Shown here piece by piece: positions 53,971-64,000 of a stretch of DNA of 64,000 bases. The stretch comes from Tubiluchus corallicola (lineage: Eukaryota > Animalia > Priapulida), in the NCBI GenBank assembly GCA_030141605.1, contig JAQGDQ010000134.1, positions 332,816-396,815 on the forward strand. The letters are read 5' to 3'. The position numbers and the translations under genes were made by a program. The notes below the pieces were generated by a model. It was not told the origin of the DNA. It saw only the letters and a list, made by a program, of their open reading frames with translations, and did no database searches. Position 1 is the stretch's first letter. Each line of letters begins with the position of its first letter.

Positions 53971-54199
53971 TTAATTAAAGATACTTGAGATTTTACAGTA
54001 ATGCTGATGCGAAATACCCCTGTGAAAACAGAAAACATATTTTTATAAAATTTACTGCAATCTTGCAATCCAGCCATTAAATTTTTTGCAATCACTTTGG
54101 TGGTAAGATGTTGAGTCATTTAAAATCGTAGATTTTGGAATTTAGCTTTCAAACGTATTCAGAATACTAGAAATATTTTACATTTTTTCGTTTTTGTGA

Positions 54200-54720
54200 C
54201 AAATTCAGAAAACAATGTACCAATGTTTTATACGCGAGAGCAATAACAATTCAACGGATTATTTATTTTGCCGTCTTGGTTACCATGACGATAATCACGT
54301 GCAGCTGCTACTTGTTGTTCCTTCCTCCTGGTCATCATTGGCGACTCGCTTCAAATGTTTTTTTTAAATTTCCACGTAGTTAGCATAAATAACACTTTCA
54401 TTAAGTTCCGGGATGATATTACTGTGTGTGAAGTAATTTTTTTTATATCTGTAAGATAGCACTCGAACACTAGTGTAGAGAATAGTGAGTGAATGGCATA
54501 ATCTGCGACCCATGGTGACTGCCACGCCAACTATAGTAAAGTTTAAATCCTTAATCCTTAGTCGACATTTATTTTGTGGAAAAATCTGAGGTTTCTATTA
54601 GTGTTCTCACTTAACGCCTAATCATAACAGTGTAACACTAGAGTTGATTGTTGATGATAGTTGTGCTTTCACGCACTAGATGGCGGAAGCATCGCTCCAT
54701 ATAACATTAGCATGATGGTT
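54200..54720. promoter_or_regulatory. Probable shared promoter region PFN4/EEF1AKMT1
   Basis: Between divergent ATGs 1.26 kb apart; X-box-like GTTACCATGACGAT (54279) and CCATGGTGAC (54510), CTCF-like GCACTAGATGGCGG (54673). Confidence 0.5.
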
Positions 54721-55232
54721 TTCGTTCATATATAAGCATGGTTGAGATTATCACTGAGACAGGCCTATTGGCATGTAATATAAGATTTCATTCTTTACAA
54801 ATATGTGCACGTAATATGGTGTAGGATCACAAATTTTAATATTGGCGCTGAATTTTTTTTGTAAAATTCTAACGAGGCTTCAGATATTTAAAGATGCATG
54901 CAAATTAACTACTAATCGCAGTAATTGTTTTGGAGTTTAATTATTCAATTTATACCATGGTTCAATCAATAACTCATTGTTATGGTATTGTACTTCTGGG
55001 GGGAACTGGGCACTGGCAAGCGACTAGGACACCGTGGCACATGACAATTGGGTTATTTGTGTACAAGACAGTTAATCACCAAGGTTGCATCTTTATTGAG
55101 TTTAAAATTAGTTTTTTACTTAGTGATTTAACGTGGTCGTAATGCTGCATATTATGTTATTGCTTTAATGTGCTAATAATACTTGTTTTATCTATTTTTA
55201 ATGTAGTAAGTTTGTCAGGCAATAGTGAAAAC

Positions 55233-58200
55233 ATGGACCATCTCATCGGGAACTGTGATGTTGGCAACAGCGAAAGTGATGATGATACTCCACAACTATC
55301 ATCGCATGCTCTTGCAGCTCTACAGGAATTTTATAATGAACAGCAAGGCAGAATCTTTGTCCAAGATGCTGATAGTTCTGCAGAAGATGCTGGCAATCAA
55401 ATAGCAGAAGATTGGGTAGGTTTTACTGGAAAACTTTGCTTAAAAAAACAGTTAGTGCTTGACCTATGCTGGCATAATATTTCTGGGTCCTACAATTAAA
55501 TTTTCATTCTTAATTGATTGCTTTTGGGTGTATGTATTCAAGTAGAACAGTTAAATATTAGCTGATGTTGCAATTCACTGAAAGTAAGACTTGTGGTTTT
55601 CTAAAGTAACTTATGTTTTCACTAAATTTCAGCTCCACCAGTAGGCAAACTAGGCAGTTGCCCTAGAATGCCAAATTTTAGGAGGTACCAAATTCTGGAA
55701 GTAATAATTTTATATTTAAGTAACGAATTATTTTCCTTATTTTCATGTCAAAATGTATGAGACTCATCGACTCTAGCGACAGCCTTCCCACAACAAAACA
55801 CTTTGTATTTTTGCTTTATCTTGTTTATTAAGATTATGCCAATTTACTCAGATCTTGCTACCCTGCTTTAACCTGAAGTTTCTACAATATGCATAAATCA
55901 GCTGAGCTAAGGAAGAACTTATAGTAATGATCCCTCCATTAATAAAAAAATGTTTCTCACAACAGCATTTATCTAATTATGGCAGATAAACTTATAAGAA
56001 TAAGCCTTCAGGAGCGGAATACAGGAAACAATAGGTAAAAAAGTTGGCAAGTGGCATACATTGAACAACGAAAAGAATCTCTAATGAAGTATTTGCAACC
56101 AGACCAGAGTTAAGATTGTGCAGATGACAAAGCTAATGAAGTGGATGTATATGTGAAAACAAGAGTTAAAAATTCAAAAATGTTCAGTCAACAGGAGCTG
56201 TAGATAGGTAATTAACTAAACTTAATTAGTACCTTATACTACATGTTTAAGCCTGACACACTTCAACTGTCATACTTTATTATAATATTATACAAGAAAA
56301 ACTGAATTTTGGGAATTGGTGTTGACCATGGAGGAAAATGACCATTGAAGAGGGGGCACTAAAAATACTTCTGCCTAGAACACCAAGCTACCTAGAGCTG
56401 GCCATGATGACAAATGCTAAATCATGTAAAGTGTCTGCACTTTGAATGTATTCTGACTTTCAAATTTTTCTTGAGTTTATTGTTGAAATACAATATACTT
56501 TTGTTCAGCACAGAGCTTTAGTTAAGGCATTTTATTTTTTTATTTTTTAATGGTCAAACCACCACACATGGTGTTACCATGCTTACTTAATTCTTCATAC
56601 ATCTGTAGTAGTGAAAAGCATGTGGCCTGTATTTAATGAATGGCATTTTTTTAATTTAAGGCTCTTTAAATTTTATAAATGACATTTCCAATTTCTCTCA
56701 ATGTATTCTCTTTCATTTTGCCTCTGCTATTTATCTAGTGAAATTTGGAGAAATCCATCTAAAATCCATTTCAGCAACTAAGTCAATTTTGGTATGATGA
56801 ACGGACAGCATCAACTTTAGCTAATGAAGTATTGAAGCATGCAGAGGAGTGTAGTAAGTAAGTGTTAACTATCATCTTGGTTACTGTGATGATAAGCTTT
56901 AGTGTTTAAATTCAGTTATTAACCATTTTTATCACAGATGTTTACTGTTCGTAGTGAAATATGACTACATGATTTAACCTTACACTCTAAAATTCTTACA
57001 AATTTTTTCAGTTTATTTTTACGCACAATGAGAAAGGTTGTGATATTCAATTTTTTTAAATATTTGCTAAATTTCAAAACTCCAATAACTGTAATTTTGC
57101 ATATATTTACTTGCTGGCATCATTTATATAATATTATTGGTAATTTTTTATTGGTTAATACAATTACCGTATTTTCCCGTGTATAAGAGACCCTTTTTTG
57201 CTCAGAATTTTCACTTTAAAAATAAGGGGTCTCTTATACATGGGAGTAAGTCTTTTCAATAAGATGCATAAATTGTGACACTAATGATTTTAAAGAAATA
57301 AGTGCTCTACAACTGTTTTATTTCGAATAATTATAGTTTCCTTTCAATAAATCTTCTCCATGGCTAAATTCTAATGATAAAATTAATGTACCGGGTGAGT
57401 TATTATTTTTTTAAATGTCAAAAGAGGACAATGCCAATTTTGAGCAGAGTGACTCCTCTGATGATGAACTGGCTGGAATTGCTGAAGGTCTGACTCCAGT
57501 TGATATTTTTGATGAGAGTGATGAGGAATTTAATGATTTCTATGATGAATAAAGTTATTCATTACCAAAAAACTTTTTTCCAGAATTTTTGCCTAAAAAT
57601 TGAAGGGGTCTCTTATACACAAGGGTCTCTTATACATGGGAAAATATGGTAATTAGAATTTTCTGTAATTATTATTCTCATCTAATAGAGCTTCTAAATT
57701 CTAATTGAGAATACTCCATAAATACTGCATAATGGCTTACTGTGAAATGATGTACAACACCTGCTATTCATTACACACATTATTGTGATGGTATTATAGT
57801 ATTAAAGTCAAACTAAGCTCTCACTACAATATAAGCTTCTTTTACAACCTAAAATCCTCTCTCATTACGAATATTCAATTTATTTTGTTATAAACTTACT
57901 GTAAAACTTGTTTCTTTTGATTTTTCATCACTTCATTGTTAGCGCGAAGAACTGCCATTTTTCGTTGCACTAGGTGGCTGACACTAGGTGGAGTACAGTC
58001 ACGAGTCACAAAAGATTGGTAAACAAACATCGGTAACCAAAGACGCTTTCTGTCTTACGTACGTCATTCGTGCTCACTCAAGTTAAACATGGCGATCTTT
58101 AAGGCAAAGCACATGTTCGAGACTCGCCAGAAAAAGGTAAGTTATTTAATTTGTAAGTCTCTTTTGTTTAATAATAACTATGAATTTTTTGTGTAATCGT

Positions 58201-60012
58201 AATAATACATAAAAAAATTTAATGTCTGTTCGGGTTATGTATTGGCCTTTAAGTGATTCAGTTTATTACAGGGTTGCCTGTCTTAGCTGTCCAACACTGT
58301 ACAGAAAACTGAAGGAACTGTGTTTGAAGGACACTTGTGTAAAATGCTTCGAATACGACAGAAGGTTTCGGGTATTTGGCGACGACTTTGTGCATTATGA
58401 TTACAACGTCATGATGGGCGACCCGCCACTTGAATTCCAGGGGACTTTTCATATTATTGTAGCTGATCCACCATTTTTATCTGAAGAGTGTTTGCAGAAG
58501 TTTGCTAAAATCATCACATATTTAGGAAAAGAAAATTTTAAGCTGCTGCTATGCACAGGTAGGCCTGTAAAACTGTGTTTTGATTATATGTCAGTAACAG
58601 GTGAATGAGCTTGTTACATATGTACCTTCTGGGTAAGCAATGATAAGCAATTGTTTTTAAGCTAATCATGCTTGTCAACACATGAGTTATATCAGTGACT
58701 CAAAATTCAAGTCCACTTTTTGGGACCAGGACTCCAAATCTATAGACTTGGACTTGAAGCTCCAAGACAAGACTATATTTAACTTGAATTCCGAGTACAT
58801 GTAAGTGTTTTACCAAACACTTTTGAAAACATATTACCTTCAGATAAACTTAAAAGCTGGTATTTACCACCATTCAGAAATGTATGCTTCTGGCATCATT
58901 ACATATAGCATGGCAAAACCTGCAGTTTATTCACATGCACTTAGTTTATTAAAAAGAATGCTTTATAACTGGGTGTCAGAGGCCACAAAATCATCTAAAA
59001 TGAAGCGATCATGTAGGTTCCTTGCTGTGAACCACCACTGGATGCTCAGAACAAGTTTATAGAAACACTGCTCCTAAAACTGTTAAATCATCTCTTTTGT
59101 TGTATTCATTATTTTCATAAGATCTAGATCTACCACTTGTCAAGTTATGATCATCCGCCCCCACATAGATTATTTTCAGTGGTGCGTGAATCACGAAATT
59201 ACAAAAAAAATAAATAAAAAATAAAAAAATTCAATGCAATTACTTTTATATTTTTGCACTACGTTAATTTGATAAAAACAGACAAATTAAGATGACGTGT
59301 AATGTGTCATGTAATTAGTGATACATAATGTTGGGTTACTATGAGATTGTAGCTCTAAAGTACTCAGACTTCGAGTGAAACAATGAGGGCTCAAAGAACA
59401 TTACTGGGCCTATCTTATAGAGTATAGATATAAGTAGAATGCCTCTATGTTTTAAAACTTAACAAAAAAAAATCACGATATTGTCTCCCATTTTAAAGCT
59501 TTTTGACAATTATCGTAAGTCAGATAATACTCTTGGGTAATTCTGCTGTGTCGCCTTTTGCAAAAGCTCTAAACAAAACACATTATTCTTCGGAAACTCC
59601 CTATACTATGATTGTTATCAAAAAACTGGGTTTTCTAAAACCCATGTTATATAGCCTCCAGTTATTATAAGAAAATAACTCACTAATAAGAAAATTCCCA
59701 GGAATATTTGAAGGTGTGGCTCTTTCTAAAACGGAAATTATGATACTGCGTGTTGTGATTTTCTTATCATTTGGTGGCAGTTCGTTACTTAATAAACATG
59801 ACATGTAAAAAGTTTACCAAGGTTTCACTGCTGTTAATTATGAACTGCAAAAATCTTAGTGTTATTACCAACTTTCTTATTTTTAAGGTGCTCAGGTAGA
59901 GGAACTAGCTGTCAAATTACTGGGAGTACACCGGTGTGAGTTCCAGCCACAGCACAGTAACAACTTGGCTAATGAATTCTGTTGCTTTGCAAACTACGAG
60001 ACTGATTTGTAG
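55233..60012 (+). CDS. EEF1AKMT1: EEF1A lysine methyltransferase 1 (N6AMT2), 225 aa
   Basis: Exons 55233-55415, 56775-56857, 58272-58558, 59888-60012; SDDDTPQLSSHALAALQEFY, EDWQLSQFWYD, VACLSCPTLY, FEYDRRF, HYDYN, ADPPFLSEEC, LLCTGA, PQHSNNLANEFCCFANY; AATAAA at 60023. Confidence 0.96.
55630..56406. mobile_element. Degenerate hAT-derived element
   Basis: Right end CTAGAGCTGGCCATG and TGCC(C)TAGAA subterminal motifs near both ends; TSD not found. Confidence 0.4.
57167..57649 (+). mobile_element. Tc2/pogo-like deletion derivative
   Basis: TA|CCGTATTTTCCCGTGTATAAGAGACCC ... GGGTCTCTTATACATGGGAAAATATGG|TA long TIRs, internal GGGTCTCTTATACA repeats, acidic tail remnant IFDESDEEFNDF resembling Tc2-type transposase C-termini. 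Confidence 0.9.
57935..58142 (+). promoter_or_regulatory. Promoter-like module with candidate alternative first exon inside EEF1AKMT1 intron 2
   Basis: CpG-rich patch; CACTAGGTGG x2 (57968, 57982), GATTGG (58014), GTAAACAAA (58019), ACGTCA (58061), AACATGGCG (58086), perfect donor AAG|GTAAGT at 58137. Confidence 0.55.
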
Positions 60013-62907
60013 ATGGATAAATAATAAATTTAGATTATACAATGACTGTAATTAAAGTCTGTTAAAACACTGTTGTTTGTTGAAATCTTTTGTTTTGTAA
60101 ATATACATTTATAATAACAACTTTTTATAGAAAAGTTTTCATAAAAATACGCTTATTTGCTTTTGGTGTCAATTTTAAAATAATAACTTTTAAGCAATAG
60201 ACTTAAACTCTACTAAAATGGAGCTATTACGTGTAACTGTGATCGATATGTCTTAAAGGATGAATGAAAAAATGAATTAATACATAGCTGAGTGTTTGAG
60301 GGAAATTAGTGGATGAATGAATGACTATCGTTGTGTAATTGTTGTAAGTTTTTCTATGATTACAGTAATGGCAGTAGTGAAAGTGGAAAATGTACTTTGC
60401 AGTAGTTCCTGGACAAGTGAATTGTGGAACGTTGGCAGGATGTTGTCTGCAGAGGAGAACAAATACATCGTTGTTGGACAAGTGATGCATAAATTTAGTT
60501 GTTCACTCATTCACGCATCATGGCTTAAAACATTTGTGAACCCTATGTCTGTATTAACTTCCCAATTACTTTTACTGCATCCTTGTCACTTCTGTCAGTT
60601 GGTAAAGTGAAGACACTGGATGGGATAGTCGTGACTTCCTGTCTGCCTATGTGTTTCTTCGTATGCGCTTTAGAAAGAAAAGTTCCTGAGATGTTAATAA
60701 CAAAAAATGGCAAAATATTACCTATTGCAAGATTGTAGATATATGACGACCTTGGATTACAAGATCAAAGGTCAAGATTTTGCCTTTGATGAAGAACGTG
60801 CATTGAACTCCTTGTGACAAACCACTTTTTTGCGCATAGATTTTGATATGTGCTAGTAGAGCAGATGAAGAAAGTTTCAGAGTGTCCTTGGGTATACAAT
60901 ATATTTTATAAATGTTCTGATAACATTCAGTTAGGGGTTTTGATAAGTGGTCAGGGGTCGTAAGGCTGCTCATTTTTGTATGTAGACAAATCTTTTTGTT
61001 GTCTTACAGCGCTTTCAGATAGCGAGTTTTCTGCCGCAAGTTTTCATTCTGACAGCAAACTCGCAAGGTGAAATACTTTGCAGGTTATTGAAAAATCCAA
61101 AATTCTGAAGTCGTTCAAAGCCAATCACTCGTTGCAGAAATGTGAAAGAAAGACATTTGTGGACACCAGATGGATGGACGTGGGACCCGTTGTGTTTTAT
61201 GCTTATAACATACATATTCACTTAAAGTGCAGAAAGCCTAAAACCCAAATTGCACAAGGAGGCAGTTTGTTAAGTCACTTAACTGTAGTGCAATGCAAAC
61301 TTTTGTAGAAACAATCACAAGTTTTGACTTAGTGGCTTCACATAAAATTAAATAATTTTTGTGTGAATTATGTTTTATGTTGGCACATTACAAGTGGGAA
61401 TCTAGCTGTCAACAGTGAAGCCCACTTGACTTTTTTCTCATGAGACAGGAGCCTGGCTCATTATCAAGGAAGTCTTTTACGATAAAACACCGAAACAGAA
61501 GTTGTCATAGCCACATTTGCATTCAGATAGTTACATCCACTGTCTGTGAGATAAACAATCAAAATCTATAGGTCTATGAAACTGTCCAGCTGGTCACCAA
61601 CCAGTCGTTGATCAGATGCAGCGTTGCTACACTTCAGTCACAAAACACACCACAGTTAGTCACTCAGCTATTTTTTTATAAACATTTAAATAGAATTGCT
61701 ATTAAATCAGCAAACATATGTAACTCAAGATTCTTCTGTGTAAGTATTAAAAAAATAATGCCTACTCACACCCACTACAAAGACAATTGAATAAGATACA
61801 CTTGCAATTATAAAAAGAACATTACCTACTGTTACAAATAAACATGAAATACGTGTCAATCGGATAGATTATGTAAGAGCAACAAGTAGCTTAAGAATAA
61901 ACTACAAAAATGGTACGACTAAGACAAACAAAAATGATACGACTTGTTGAACAAGGTTGATAACAATGACATAGTTTAGGAATTGGAAAAACAAATCCAT
62001 ATCAACTATTGTAGGCTGTCTAGTCTACCTGTGACTCTGAAAAAAACTTTTGACTGGAAACTATCATTTAAAATTGTGGTACTGTTAAGTAATCTTACAG
62101 ATATTTAACCTGACTTGGCAGGAGATTATTAATAAAATAGTTTACTGTCGAGGAGCCTGGGCTTAGTTCAAAGTAGAATGTTAACCCAGGGGTCCGGGAA
62201 ATCGACCATAGCACCACCCCATTATTTGGCAAAACATTTTAAGTATATTTTCCTGTTTTAGTAACCCTTTTAGTGTGCACAAGCCCTCATGCAAATTTTT
62301 ACATCCTGTTTGTTAGACCGCAAGGACTTCCGGCCAACCCTGGCGATTATTCTTTTACGTGTTTGGAAAAATCTATGTAAACGTTATTCTGCAAGAAAGT
62401 CTAAAGCCCAGGAGTTGCTGGAAGCTAAAACGTATTTATTAAAAAGTTTAAAAGCTTTAAAAGTGACAACCTTCACTTCGTCAAATCATTTGCATGACTC
62501 GTTTTTATAGAAACCCTAACGGAACGCCGGGCCATTCTTAAACTATCATTTAAAACATTCTACCCTGTAAAATATTGAAAAGGAACAAACTATTTTTTAG
62601 AAATGTTTTACGTAAAACAATTATTACCACAGAAACGTAATTTCGCGTTTGTTCTTCGCTGTTACATTGATTTCGCCAATCGTTGGTTAGATTTGCAGTA
62701 GCGCCTGTATCACGGAAATGCGTTGAAGAAAAACAGGTGCTGTAGCTCTCAGTTTAGAGGTGTTTAGTTGTGACGTAGCACACAAGTTTGAGAACTCATG
62801 CGTGAGCACAGAGGGTAATCTGTAATTTGAATTTTAAATTTAAAATTTGTCGAGTTTTAGTATGTGTATCGTATTGAATGGTGTACAGTAGTACCAGTTT
62901 TGACGAA

Positions 62908-63080
62908 GCGGTTTATTATAGTCTAGTGGTAATGCGTCCGCTTTCCGACTGGGAGATGAGTTTGATATAGCCGGCCGGTCGTACCAAAGACTTTAAAAAT
63001 GGTGCGTTCTGTTGCCTTACCTGGCGAGTGGTATTAATCGTAAAAGTGGGGTAATAATAGTCTCTGTTATGTAGGTGTAT
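62908..63080 (+). mobile_element. tRNA-derived SINE with Meta/MESC-type central domain
   Basis: A-box TAGTCTAGTGG (62919), decayed B-box, then CGGTCGTACCAAAGACTTTAAAAATGG..TGCCTTACCTGGCG matching the remembered MetaSINE core. Confidence 0.7.
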
Positions 63081-63713
63081 ATTAAATTTTGTTATTTACA
63101 GTCAGTCAAAAAAAGAGCTTATGTAAATTATTAATCCAAAAGCCGACTTTAAATAAAGGTTATTATTATTTGTAATAGTAGTGGTGGTAGTGGCGGTGGC
63201 GGTAACGGTAGTAATAGCAGTACTGTAGTTCAATTTTCGCTTTCGCAAACACGTGCAGCACGCCCGTAGGATGTTTGTGCTGTTGAAAATTATGTTCAGT
63301 TGTGATGTCACTACTAGTTGAGCTCGCCCGCCGTTAATTGGGTTTTTAACTTGTTATTTAATTATCAGAAATGGTTTGGCATTACTACAGGTGCCAAAAT
63401 GTATACTTTGTACCATACTTCAAAATGGCATTTCGTAGGATATGAAAAATCATCCTATTCGCCTATACTATAAATGAAATTCTTCGTGACAACTGAGCTG
63501 TATTTTTTCTACAAAAACAGAAATAAAATTATAAAAAAGTTATATATGGTACACTGAATTTATTTCTTAGCGATAAATAGCAATGCATCTATGTAATATA
63601 TTTGAGTTTCGAAGAAATGTACCTCATTTGTACATAGTATTTATTTAAAACCGTATGTGCGATTAATAAATCGAATAATAATTAGCGTCATTATAATTAA
63701 GTTTGTGATTTTT

Positions 63714-63998
63714 CTACTTTTGCTCTCTGAACAACTCGATGAGCCTCACTGGTGTAGTAAATTTCGAAAACCAACTATTGTCCGCCTCCCGATTTCGATT
63801 GGCTTCTTTAGTTTCCTTGGTGGCTTCTTTTACCATTTCCTGTTTTTGCTCCTTATTTTGCGTGTCATCGTAACAAAGGAACAATCGACAACCAATCCCA
63901 CAATTCATACAGATTTTTTTTGTCGCATAAAGAGTCTTTCCGGTTTCTCCCTTCTCACTGATGACTGTGTAATTTGTTGAGAAATTGTCTGCACATGT
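63714..63998 (-). CDS. Possible terminal coding exon of an unidentified gene extending beyond the window
   Basis: Frame open from the window edge to TAG at 63714 (94 sense codons: TCADNFSTNY..KKICMNCGIGCRLFLCY..IELFREQK*), more GC-rich than the adjacent AT-rich DNA; no family recognised. Confidence 0.35.
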   Translation of the reverse strand, partial: TCADNFSTNYTVISEKGETGKTLYATKKICMNCGIGCRLFLCYDDTQNKEQKQEMVKEATKETKEANRNREADNSWFSKFTTPVRLIELFREQK

Positions 63999-64000
63999 TC

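Noticed and set aside
60227-61308. Cluster of 60-97 aa ORFs on both strands downstream of EEF1AKMT1
   Set aside because: No consistent frame or splice pattern and no recognisable domain; may be UTR or non-coding.
62908-62985. tRNA gene
   Set aside because: B-box decayed, no cloverleaf, and followed by a SINE core.

Overview
Eukaryotic, AT-rich, intron-containing animal (probably invertebrate) genomic DNA, not prokaryotic; most short ORFs in the supplied track are artefacts. 1-11 kb is a nest of four decayed transposons, all coding on +: a ZMYM1/TTF-type hAT, a Buster-type hAT with intact TIRs and 8-bp TSD just 3' of it, and a Mag-like Gypsy gag-pol split by a piggyBac (PGBD2/3-like) that has a spliced transposase and no TTAA ends. 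The rest holds two head-to-head gene pairs: IBTK (-, 25 coding exons, ~1293 aa) with SYAP1 (+, ~363 aa), and a profilin-4-like gene (-, 147 aa) with EEF1AKMT1/N6AMT2 (+, 225 aa). Introns carry many hAT and Tc/mariner MITEs and a ~430-nt polypurine microsatellite; a tRNA-derived Meta-type SINE and a possible terminal exon lie near the right edge. Best leads: four uORFs in the IBTK leader, a promoter-like module with its own exon inside EEF1AKMT1 intron 2, the TTAA-less piggyBac junctions, and the TE nest lying wholly antisense to IBTK read-through. I saw no unambiguous new biological system; gene identities come from remembered family motifs, not database searches.
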